Program-made: the position numbers and the translations under genes
The notes under the pieces: model-generated
The model's database searches: none
What the model was told of the DNA's origin: nothing
What the model saw: only the letters and a program-made list of their open reading frames with translations
Assembly: GCF_037042905.1 (NCBI RefSeq)
Contig: NC_087258.1
Coordinates: forward strand, 25,854,001 to 25,918,000
Reading direction: 5' to 3'
Length of the DNA stretch: 64,000 bases
Origin: Lytechinus pictus
Taxonomy: Eukaryota
Shown: one piece after another, positions 47,745 to 60,138 of the stretch
Position numbering within the stretch: position 1 is the stretch's first letter
Layout of the letters: every line of letters starts with the position of its first letter

Positions 47745-48767
47745 TTATTTTGTGGTATCTGAGCAGTATATTCTGAGCTTTTTCTTAAAGACATCTTTGG
47801 CTGTCTCCCGGAACATCTTATTTGTGATCAGGTACACTAGGCAATGCCACCACGTTGCAGACATGGAAAGGAACACAACCACACTTCCAAAGACTGGAGG
47901 AAAATTAACACCAACGCCTAACAAGACATAGAAGATGGTGAGAGGTAACCAAGAGACAAAGACAACAACGTTTAGGAGAAAGATGGTCAAAAGTGCCCTT
48001 CTGTTGCTCTTACGCTGTCTCCTAGTCGTTGCCGTTTCCTCTCTAGCATAAGCTGAGGTGTCATCGCGGTACTTGCGCTGATTAACCGTGCTAACCGTTG
48101 CAGTCATCGTGATTTCCCCATCTGCTATCGCCCTCGATTGTTTTCGGGAAATGACCAGCAAGCTCACTGTTGAAACGACTGATGTGAAAGCCGCCATCAG
48201 CAAGAAGGAAACGCAGAAAATCAAGACGAAATTGCCTTTGAGTGCATCCACATTAAATTCACATATGTTCATCATGAAGTCTCCTGAAGGTGTCTTGGGT
48301 ATAGGCAATCCCACAATGGTCAGACGAATGGATGAAGTTATGGCCACGGACATGACTACAACGGCCCTTCGATCAGTAACTATATGATGATACCGAAGGG
48401 GTTTTGCAACCATTATATATCGGTTCAGATTAAGAAGACAGGTAAGCGTTAATGTCACAAAGAAGCAAGGACAAATCAATACACCTTGGTAGATGCAGAT
48501 GGTAAATCTGGCATTGGCAGACATGGGGACAATCTGGAGGAGTGATGTAATCGCCTGACCAATCCCGTAGGCTGCATACCATACAGTCAGTGCTTTGAGA
48601 AACATTTTGGTTACAACGTCGAAACCACTTGTTGAATAGCGGAGAATGCCGTATGTAAAGGCGTTTGCAAGGACAGACAAAGGAAGTTGTGATACATTAA
48701 GGTAAAACGGCGTGGAATACGTTTCAAGGTATTCAGAGCTAGAATTAGAAGACGCCATCGTGCTCAT
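47745..48767 (-). CDS. Orphan class-A GPCR, paralog 3; single-exon CDS
   Basis: Seven TM segments, N-glycosylation sequon NSS, NRYIMVAKPLRY, SWLP, WWHCLVY and NKMFRE. First ATG at 48767; 48758 has better Kozak context. Confidence 0.88.
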   Translation of the reverse strand: MSTMASSNSSSEYLETYSTPFYLNVSQLPLSVLANAFTYGILRYSTSGFDVVTKMFLKALTVWYAAYGIGQAITSLLQIVPMSANARFTICIYQGVLICPCFFVTLTLTCLLNLNRYIMVAKPLRYHHIVTDRRAVVVMSVAITSSIRLTIVGLPIPKTPSGDFMMNICEFNVDALKGNFVLIFCVSFLLMAAFTSVVSTVSLLVISRKQSRAIADGEITMTATVSTVNQRKYRDDTSAYAREETATTRRQRKSNRRALLTIFLLNVVVFVSWLPLTIFYVLLGVGVNFPPVFGSVVVFLSMSATWWHCLVYLITNKMFRETAKDVFKKKLRIYCSDTTK

Positions 48768-51700
48768 ACTCAAACCTTCAACTGAGATATCCAAGAGCCG
48801 AACTTCATACAAATTACCACCATTGGTAACTGATTAAGTAAAGGGAGTGCCGTCGATAATGTTGCTTACGCTATTGGCAAAAAAAAAATCATGATAATTT
48901 GACAGAATGATGACTTCACAGAATTGCGAAATGAACTTGTGGCACCGGATATTCTCAAGGCATCTGTAAGCATAAGATGTTAATGATGAAAGGCACAATA
49001 AAAGGCGGTTCAATCGCTTCATGGCTTTGCCTTGACACAAAGTGGTTAATGGGTCAGGCGACTCACATGTCCACTATCTCTCGCTGACAAATATTGGTTC
49101 TTTTATAATACACGTTAAAATATGTAGGTCAGCGTATCAGATTACTGAGATGGTGACAATGAAATGACAATCATGCTCTCTTCATTTTGAAAAAAAATAC
49201 GCATTGAATTGAGTACTTATCGAAATTGCAATTAATCTATAGCAAATCGGATTCTTATCTGGTTCTGAAAAAAAGTGTGAAAGGTAGTGAAAACCCGTAT
49301 AAAGGTTTGAAAATCTACCTGAGCATCTCAGATGATCAAGAAGCATATTTCTTTTAGTGCTTGAGAATATGACTGTAATTTTGTTTTCAACGCTATTGTA
49401 AAAACATTTTGGACAAAATATCAGTTTATTGTTTTTATAGTATATGAACCCACTTCTTAAGATGAATGGGCTGTAATTATGTGTAACTTTTGAGTATCCA
49501 ATTACTTTCTTTAAGAGGCATATGCTTAAAGTGTTATTTGTAACATAAAAATTACTGATTACTGAGAGACGTTGCTAGATATGTCAAAATTTCAAATTTG
49601 AATTTAAAAGGTTGACAGAATATTCCATGGCCAAGACAATTTTGTAAGATTAGAATATTTGATGATACCTGAGTATGACGGACATTAACGACTCTATACA
49701 AAAGCTTTAGATTGGCTTTTAAAAAATTATATTAAACATATGACTGATGTATGAAGTAGAAACCAACCACTGAAAAAAGATTTGTTGGCTTCCGATAATT
49801 CTGAAAAAGAACTTGTCAGGTCTTTCCTAATTAAAAAAGTGCAGTCAGCACTTGGTTCGTGCTCAAATAATTGCTTATCTATGCTTTAAACCTTTACCGA
49901 TTTAAATTATTAATTAATATTGGAAGGAATAATATTTCGTGTATAGACATCATCTTCGAGCACGGGCAATGAAAACTTTTGTGTTCTGAATTTAGTGGCA
50001 CGCGACACTCAGTAACTGTAAAAAAATATGATATTGCAATTAAAAATGAGTCTTCTGATTGTATGGTTATTATTTCTTTTCACGTTACAAATAGATAGTT
50101 GATAACCTATAGAAAGGTGGATATCTGTCAAGCCTAAATGATCATGTTTTCCCTTTTTTTTAATTCCGGCTGGGTCTTTTTGCGGGTTTGAATACTTCTT
50201 AGGATAAATGAAGAACACCCCCACACTTTGACTTTGAACTCTTTTCGATAAATAGAATACATGAACAAAAGAAAAAAACAAGACACCTGCCATTAGCTCA
50301 ATTTTAATATGCAAAAATAATATTTAACACATTCAATACCTATCGTTCATGTTGTTGATTTTTCGAAGAGGAATTCGGTCTTCGTAGTATCATAACTTGT
50401 GAGAAGGGAGAAAAAATAAGAAAAAACATAACGGCGAAATCCTTAGAGAAATAGTACAAGGAATATTCAAGTTTGTGTGTGATTAAAGATTCAACTAATT
50501 GTGAATCTGGAACAGAAAATTTGGTAAGTAGATCTCCAGCTCTTTTGTACTTTTTTTTTTTCAATAAGAAACAAAGAATCACAATAACGCATGTGGGTGC
50601 TAAACAATACATACATAATAAATAAAGAGGCTTTAATAGGAGGTAATAATAATTTGTGAAAAAAATGTCGGCATTACTCCTATGTGTTTAAGATTGCATG
50701 CTCGATCTGTAATGAAAATCATAAGTCAGGAAAAAATTGGAACCAGTGGGATCCCACAAAAGATGCACAGTTTTTATGACCTTGTCAAATGCAACTATTA
50801 AGTTAAACATTGAAAAAAAATGATTCTTATAAATTAAGGATAAAATTAAGGATTGTCTGTACCACTGAATCCTATATTGAATTATATTACTCGATAATAA
50901 TAGTGTTCAGTGGTGCTTTATATCCTAAAAGGTTCCATGATATTGTGGTAGGGTGAGGGAGAAAGACGACTTAAAGATGACGTCATTTTTTGGTTAATTC
51001 ATTTTTGAAGGGTCCTGGGAAGCTAGGGTGCTGAAGCACTCAAAAAAATTTCCTTGGGGGTGCTGCATGTGTCATTCTCCATCCCCGGGCATCCCGGGAG
51101 ATTTGTAAAAATTTAACCGAAATGGCCTTCATTTTGAAGTGAACCTCCCCTTTTTTATTATTATTTTTTTTTTATTTGCTCTTCAAATCTCTTGGGAGCA
51201 ATTTGATTCTCCATTTTGTAGTGGAAACCTTTATCATTATTTCTTTGCTTTTCAAATTTACATCAACTCCAACAGTAGAAATCCTTTCCATAGCCCTGTT
51301 ATTCTTTCTTCATTCTTTTTTCCCCTTTTTATTCACCTCCACCTTATCCCCTTATTCACTTCAACAATCGGGGGGGGGGGGGCACCGTTTTAAATTAAAG
51401 AATTGTGTATAGATTCGAACTTTTCAGTATTCTTTAAGGAATCATACGCTTTGAGAAAAATAAACTCACAAACTGAATTCATAGAAAATTCGGATAACCG
51501 GATAACCAATTCGGGCAACAATTCCTTACTTCGTATGAACTGATGTAAATTCTTCTCATTTACCCAGTCGTGGTCAAGGTAAGTAATAAAAAACAAACAA
51601 AAAAAAAACCCTGGAATTTATTATGATTATTGGACAAGGAATCCAGGTGGTTTGAATGCGGAATCAAGAAAGCCACCTTCATGGGAAATAGTGGAAAGCC

Positions 51701-54339
51701 CATCCTTCAACAAAAAAGAAGGCCTCCAGTCCAGGATAGGCCCCATAGAAAATTGACCTAACCTTGTTTTTTCATATATACAATAATTTTTTTATGGTTT
51801 CTTGTCATTTCGAGGTTGCTGATTACGAATCTGAATGATTTCACTCGTGTAACCTTAAGCATATTCAGCAAATTGGTAAAATACAATATGGCCGCCAAAA
51901 TATGCAAATTACCCATGAAAATCATAAAATTTCCCGCACATTGGTTATAAAATGTATGTATATGTGTTGCAGGAGTGAAATACTCTCTGAAAAAATAAAT
52001 TTTGACAAAAATTATTTTTAGATATTCAAAATGGCCGCAATAGACCCCTGTATTTTATATTATCTACAATATTAATGGGGGAAAACTAAATTTCACAAAA
52101 GTGAGCACTAAATGCGAGTAAGTGTGATTTTTAGTGAAATAATGGATGAAAACATGATTGCTAACGAAATGTATCTTTTGTTATGTCATGTATGTAATAA
52201 ATGACGCATTTTACTGTTCAAAAAGCCACCAAATGCCCTGACAGTTTATGGGGGGAAAAAAATCACAAGGGTGAGTGCTTAAATGCATATTACTAGTATT
52301 AAGATAAGCGAATGGAATACTGGCTAAAAACATAATTTTTACGAAATATAAATGCAATTTATGTGATAAATGCTGTATTTTGACATTCAAAATGGCCGCC
52401 ATAGGCCCATTATACATTATGTACAATGCGATTGGAGAAATTAATTTTCACACGAGTGAGAACTATAAAATGCATGTAATTTTGATCACCGAGTAAAATA
52501 ATGTCTGAAATACTCAGTCTGAAAACATGTTTTCTAGCAAAACATGTCATTTCTTTTGTAATGCATGAGATAAATGCTGTATTGTGAAATTCAAAATGGC
52601 CCCTTTAGGCCCTAACAGTATTATCTACAATGTAAATTGTGACATATAATTTTGTAAGAATTTGGATTTACTTGACTATGAAATCCCTTAAGCCCTGTTG
52701 TATGATAAAACATTAGTTGAAAACATGATTATTATGAGATATAGCATTTCTTCTGCCATGTAAGTGATAAATACTGTATTATGACATTCAAAATAACTGA
52801 TACAAGCCCCAACTAAATTATATTACATGCGTATAGGGAATCTACTTTTTACAAGAGTGAGAATCATAAAATGCATGTAGCTGTGATGTATGAGTAAAAA
52901 TATTGTCTTAAACATGATTTCTAAATAAGTACATCACATATTGGTCATGGTGGTAACAAATGTTGTACTTTGAAATTCAAAATGGCTGCCATAGGTCCTA
53001 AAAGTACTATTATGTACATTGTAATTTGGGACATATAATTGTGACAGAATTTGGCTTTGCTTGACTAAAGTATTGCATGTAATTGTGATGTAAGAGTGAA
53101 ATATTGTCTACAACCATGCTTCCTAACGAGCTATATCATATCGGTTACAGCCCGATAGTCCGTGGGTCCGTTAGTCCGCGGGTCCGTTAGTCCGCGGGTT
53201 CGATAGACCGCGGGTCCGATAGTCCGCGGTGTGTGTAAAATTATGGTGATATCCAATGTGATCAACAGGTCAAAAGGCCAATGATACGAGTCGATGGGGT
53301 TCTATAACGATGCCCCAAAGGACAATTAATTGCCCCCTGACAACTACTTCAAGGAAAATATTATCCCCATATTTTTATCGTCGGGGACTGTTACCCCCCT
53401 CCCGAAAATTTACCCTCGAGACGCCAGTTATCCCTAGTACGGAGCCTTTAAAATGCAATCGACTTGACGACATGGTGAGATACTTTATCTTGCCATGTCG
53501 ACTAAATAGGTTTATTATGTCCGCATGGCGAGATCCTTAATCCTACCAAGTACACTTATAAAAACTTTTATGTCAACATGGCGAGATATTTTATCTTGCC
53601 AAGTCAACTTGTAACAAGTTATAGGTCAAAATGGCGATATATCGGGATTCACGCCGGTGTAGCAAGTTTTTATGCCCGTGCGGTGAAAACGCCTGCAAAT
53701 GCGAAGGACAAAAAACCTGATGTTGTTCAGGCATTTCCGTCCGCCCGGACGTAAAAAACGTTTTGCCCACTGAAAAGGTCCGTGTTTTCCGGAGATTACG
53801 CCCGCATATTTTTTCAGCGACTGGAGTACAGGCTACGATTTTTTCGGCGACTGGATCGCAAGCTACGATTTTTTAGGGTGTCTGAATCACAGGCTATCTG
53901 ACAATGGTGTCCGTAGGATTGGAGCTATGATTTTCCTCATTTCTTTCTCTGTCATCTCCATCCTAGGTTTTACTTGGATACTAGTAGGCCTATATAACAT
54001 ATTTTCAGTAAAAGCCCTGGTTTTAAATTGTGAGGCACACCTACTCGACTTTAAATCCTAGTAGATATCCTATAAAAAAGACATAAAAAAGATAAAGAAA
54101 AAAGAAAGGAAAAAGAAATAAATACTGTATTTGAATTTTACTCTATTCATTTACTTTTTTTCAAAGAAAACAAACGTTAATAATATAATATTTATGTTGG
54201 CGAAAATAGTCAAATTTGACTGGTTGCCAAATAAAAATAAGAACCCCCCGTGACAATGGTGTCATCACAATAACAATCGTGTCATAACATGCATAGCCTT
54301 CAAATAATTAAGAACACAATTTGTGTGTGCAGTGTATAT

Positions 54340-54830
54340 TTCAAAGGAGATCCCTTAAGAAAAATTTGTTGTAAAATAGCTGAAAGAATAATACAAAATA
54401 TTAGTGAAGGTTTGAGGAAAAACTTTAAGTTATTAGGATTTTAAGTTTCGGATTTTGACGTCATAAACGAGCAGTTGGACTATTATGTTATGTATTAGAA
54501 AATGCACTGAAATTTTAATTTTTTGATGGCTCGTAATAAGTTATTTTTTCTTTTCGTTTTAGGAAAGGGTGTAAAATAATTTGTCTATTGATGTACTGGT
54601 GATACAATAAAACCGGTTTCAATTTTCTGAGAATATGACATTTCATTTATTTCTTACCATTCGATTATGCAGGAAAGCTCCTCACATATGACGTCACAAA
54701 TCAAATAATAAAAATTATAATAACTTTTTTCCTTTGATGGAATTTTTCTTAGACCTTTGACAATATTGTTTTATTATTTTTTTTTTGCTATTTTTACATC
54801 AACTTTTGTCAGGGTGAACTTCCCTATTTA
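54340..54830. mobile_element. Kolobok-like non-autonomous element (related to 62757-63090)
   Basis: AAAGG...GAACTTCCCT ends. Shares GAAGGTTT, GCGAGCAG-like and AATGTCAT/ATGACATT blocks with 62757-63090. Confidence 0.5.
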
Positions 54831-57401
54831 TGGTGTGGTTGCTATCCCATATTATTTACAAGATTGCTATTATTTTACTGAGTAAAATTTTACCCAATAT
54901 TGAGTAAAAAGGGAACATGCATGTTTGCTGGGTATTTTTTACCCCATATTGGGCTATTTCAACGCAACATTGTGTAAAATTTACCAAATATTGGGTATCT
55001 TTTTACCCAACCAACATGCATGTTCCCAGTTCCCATTTTACCTAATATTGGGTAAACTTTTTTTTAGAGTGTATGTATAACAAATTATAAACCTCTCTTT
55101 AAGAATGTCGAATAATCCGTTCCTCTGATTGGTCGAAATTGAGGTCATGTAATCAACCATGCCTGAAAAACAACAAACTAAGGTGGTTACCAAGGGCAAC
55201 GGGCATAGTTAACAAGATTTCTGCCCGTGGCCCCCTGATACGCCCCTTAACGACGGGCATGGCAAAATTTGGCTGAGATCTCCATTTGATTGCGTGCAAA
55301 ATGTTGTTTCCTGCGGTGATTGCGGGTACCATAAATATCCGCGCGATTTGATCGAAAGTTTTAGACAATTCGCACATTTACGCGCTTATTGCGCAAGTGC
55401 GCGCAACGGATATGACATATCGATGGAACGATGCTGATCTCTGAGTTTTGCTTGTTTATTCCTGTTTAAAAAATATGGCATTAATGAAAAGAAGATTAAC
55501 TTATTAAGGACATAACGGATGTATCAATCATCAAGTTTTGCTGCAGCTGTTCATTCAAAATCAAATGCATGCTCGCAAAAGGTGAGTCGGCTGAAAAGAT
55601 AAGACGGTCATTGCACTTTATAGCCAGGTATGACAAACGACAACGTTAAGCTAGGTTGGGGCGTAAGGTCTAACGTTAGGCCTACGTTAGCTTAGAACCG
55701 GCTCAGAAGTTAGACTCTTAGAGTAGACTCTGTTAGATCTCACTAAGTTAGACCTAATGTTAATCGTAGATCTGACGTAGATCTAAAGTTAGACTCTATT
55801 GCAGATTTATTTTAAGACGTAGGCTTACTGTAGAATCTAGATCTATTTGAGACCCTTATTTGGTTCCTAAAATATCTAGGCCTACCGCCATTCTACGGAC
55901 TGCTTTGATATTCGACTTCGAGACCTAACGTCAGAGCTGAGTTAGGGCCTAACATTAAGTAACAACATGTTGGGCCTAACGTTAGCATGGGCTAGGGCTT
56001 TAGTTTTAGGCTTAACTGGTTTAAGATCTAGCCTAGACCTAGACTAGATCTAACGTTTAATTCGGTTCATAAAATATATATGGACTGCTTTTATATTCCA
56101 GACATGGTTGTTTCTTTCGGCTCGCGGGTACTGCACCGGCCAGACCATGCCCTCGGGCATAGTAGCGTTGCAGTCCCCTTGAGCCTCTAGAAACAACCAT
56201 GCCTCTCAAAGCAGTCCATATATCTATACTATGAAATTGCACCCCCTTAAAAGAATTACGTCCCACTCGACCGATTAAGAATACTCCACCCCCTTACTCA
56301 CAAAAGAAAGGAATTCGTGTCTACGCCCGTAAATTGTAAGGTTAGGTTATTAGGAATTCATGACAATTTTATTATCATATAATTAATGTAATAAGCCTAA
56401 TGAGTTAGTGAAATTTGTTGAAATTTGAGGTCGTAAAACTGGATATTTAAGCACTTTTTTAATTAGGAATAGGATTTATGAGTTGATATGTTTTTAACTA
56501 TCTATGCGAGCGCAAATCGCGAGACGATTTTTTTTTAAACTGTCATTAAAGGGGGATTTTAAGTAGTTTGTTACAGAATTAATACATAAAGAATCTTATA
56601 GAATAAACAAAGACAATATGTATAGGCATTCTTGGTAAATCATTAAATGCGAGCACACAGCGCAAAAAGCTGCAAATGATATTCACACCATTATACGGGC
56701 ATTTTACATAGCACTTAAAGAAAAATAAATTTGTAAATCAAACAAAATAATAAAAGCTCGATGTCCGAGCTGAAATATGTTTTATATATTGACTTCATAA
56801 CTTGATATTTTGAGCCTAATACATATCAGCCTATTGAGCAAGATATGCATCTCATCAAACAGGCTATGCGTGCGCGAAGCGCGAGCGAAAATTTAATAAA
56901 GTGACATGAAATATATATCTTAAATCATTTTCCAAGTCTTCCCCTGACCTTATTTTATTAATTCGTCTCCCTCCTCCTATTTTTCCTCTTCTTTTTTTCT
57001 CCTTTCTTTCCCCTTCATTTTCTTTTTTTCTTTGTTTCTCCCTTTTTTTGCTCCGCCAGTAGGGACCTCGCCCCCTGGATCCGCCTATGTATAACATCCA
57101 GCTGAGTTACAGTACATCACTGTTTTTTTTAGACAGTTCGAAGTTCTAAAAACGTGATTTTGGGGGCAAATAGTAAAATGTTTGCCTGATAATGAGTGAT
57201 CTCATTATGACCTTTAAATATGCAACTGTTTGTTGTGTATGTAAAGCATAATTCTCAAGGATCCCCAAAACGGCTGAATCATCCTAACACTAGCACCACA
57301 TTCATAAATATACATGAGGATCGCCTTCTTGCCTGATAATAAATTTACCCCTAACTCCCCTAAAGTAACCACCTAACCCTATTGGGGGTATAATTTTCCT
57401 G

Positions 57402-57584
57402 GTGGGTGTTTCATAAAGCTGTTCGTAAGTTAAGAGCGACTTTAAGAACGACTGGTGAACCTTTCTTACGCGCTAAATAATCACTAATGAACATAATGGT
57501 GAACCGTCACTTACCACAAGAAAAGGATCACCAGTCGTTCTTAAAGTCGCTCTTAACTTACGATCAGCTTTATGAAACGGCCTC
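57402..57584. mobile_element. Harbinger-like palindromic MITE
   Basis: About 60-bp TIRs GTTTCATAAAGCTG.TCGTAAGTTAAGAGCGACTTTAAGAACGACTGGTGA, CTG/CAG flanks. Confidence 0.85.
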
Positions 57585-58117
57585 CAGGTACGCCAATACG
57601 CGGTCCAATATACGGAGAGGCTGACAGGCTGTGCAAAACATGAAGCCTTATGTGTTATGACGACTTTAAAACAAAGACTACGCATGGAGAAAACGTCCGC
57701 CCCTCGGTGGAGAATTCGTCCACTCAGCACGGTCTTTTTGCCCGCGGACAAAAACCCCTGAAATACTCTAGGATTTTTCATCCGCGCAGACGGATTAAAC
57801 TGGTCGGACGTTTTCGCCTCCGACACCGGGACTTGTACACTTCATACCTCGCCATGTCGACATATCGACTTGACAAGATAGAATATATCCCCATGTCGAA
57901 TTAATATATTAATCATGTTAATTAGACATGGCAAGAAAAAGTATCACGCTATGTCGTCATGTCGATGGCATTTTCAAGGCTCCGTAATAGGGGTAATTGT
58001 CTGGAGGGTAAATTTCCGGGGGGTAACAGTCCCCGGCGGTAATAATATGGGGATAATATTTTCCTTGAAGTAGTTGTCAGGGGGTGATTGCCCTGATTTG
58101 GTTATTGTTATGGAACC

Positions 58118-60138
58118 CAGGCGTGGATCCAGGATTTCGTGGGGAGGGGGCCCAAATTTGACTTGATTTTTGGCGCCCATGTGTACTTTTCGAAAAATGG
58201 CGCCCACACCCTCCCGGCCAGGCTAACTGAAGTGCCTTGAATGGATTTTGAATTATCTTATAAGCACATTAAAAAAAAGGCAATTAAAGGCCAATTTTTT
58301 AATGTTTTCTTGAAGAAAATCCATGAATATATAATGCAATATCAATGGGAGCGCGAAGCGCGAGCGAATTTGGGGGGGGGGGGGGGTTTCAATTTGGTTT
58401 AACTTCTCACCAGAGTAGGCCCTAGTAGAATATTGTGTGGACGGGAGCTGTAGTTCCTTTACTGTTTTTAGAATAGCCTTTAATGATATTAATGATAACC
58501 TCTTGGGAATAATGCAACCTCGAAGCAATCGACTCATTCTCCTCATCAGTGGCGTATTTATTCAGCATGGGTGCATGGGGGGGGGGGGGGCTTGTTGAAC
58601 TTTTGTACAGGGCACCAAGATAAATGAAATGGGGGGGGGGGGGAGAAGTTCAAGAAAATCTGAGATTTTATTCTTAAAAACACATTGAGGTTTCTCACAA
58701 AGCCTAAATAAAAAATGAGAACGCGAAGCGCGATCTGATTTTTTTAAAATTTTCATTTATTTTATCCTGAAAGCCTAAGTCAAGGGCGGACCCAGCTTCC
58801 GCCAATAGGGAGGGGGGGGGGTCAATTTTTTCACCCATATTTCCCCGCTTGGCCGCTCAAAGTTGATTTTGTTTTTGTTTCTTTGAAGGGGTTGTCCCAG
58901 TGGTGTAATGAGCCAACAAATTTGAGGGGGCTCGATATGGCGTATCGCATAAAATTAATAAGAAGTTGCCAGTGAACGAAGTGAGCAAGCATATATGCTG
59001 ACATTTTTATTACAAAAATACAAGGTTGTGATAGATTTTGACATAATATTTCGAAAATAATATTATATTTCATCCTAATCCCTTTTCCTTTTTTTCTTGC
59101 TCGTGATTCTTTTTTTTTTTTTTTTGGGGGGGGGACGCCCATGTCCTAACAGTCATTTCCTAGCTTTACTTTATAAACAACATAAATGTGTAATAATCTC
59201 ATAAGTCCTATGCAAGCTAAAAAAATGAAATTTCATGTATTTAGTCCTGTAAATTGAACATTCTGGGCAATGTTTTTAAACCTGAACAGGACGCGTATGT
59301 AACTAGATAATTACCAAGCGCGGGCAGAAATGTTAAATATGCGTTCTGGCCTGGTCGAAAGGGACCTGTTAAGTACGTTTTGCAGTTAGCCATTACGACG
59401 ATGCATATATCAACGATTAAATAATGTGAGCGCGAAGCGCAAGCAGAACATTTTTGATATTCCAATCTAAAAAGATGAGATTTCAAACCCCCCAACGGGA
59501 CACTCGATTCATGTTTTGTCAATCATGAAAAAGGATGGGTAATTTTTGGTATCTTCCTACATTAATAATGCGAGCGCAAAGCGCAAGCAGAAATTTTTTG
59601 ATATTCTGATCTGAAACTGGATAATTTTAGCACGTTTGTAATCAGATCAAGCTGCTTATCTAAAAAAACATGCGTGCGCGTGCCTTAGAGATAGACAGAA
59701 TCTGGGCATTTTGAATACAATTCATTTTTCATCATGAAAATCAATAGCAGAGCGCGAGCTGATTTTTTCATGGGGACACAATATCAAATGTCCCCCCATG
59801 TTTTTGTCACAAAAGAAGTGTGACCTTCTGGGGGGGGGGGGGATATGTGCATACCTTCTCAAGGAAATGAGAGTTGATTCCCCTTAAAAATATAAAGAAA
59901 AAAAAACATTTGCCATGTAACTTTTCGATGCAATTAACGGTGGGTAAATTCGCATTCAAAAGCAGCACAGCTAGCCCTCTTTTTTCTCTTGTTTTTTTTT
60001 TTTCTTCTCTTCCTTTCTCCCTCTTCCTCTCTCTTTTTTAATTCTCTCCCTTTCCCCCTCTTTCCATCTCTTTTTTTGAGCTGGGGGGGGGGGGGGGTTG
60101 AGGCAAGGCCCCCTCGCCCCCCTATGGATCCGCACCTG
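58118..60138. mobile_element. hAT-like composite element inserted into the right arm of foldback copy 2
   Basis: Termini CAGGCGTGGATCC / GGATCCGCACCTG. 8-bp flanks ATGGAACC / ATAAAACC (ATAGAACC in copy 1 and in the intact left arm). Confidence 0.75.
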
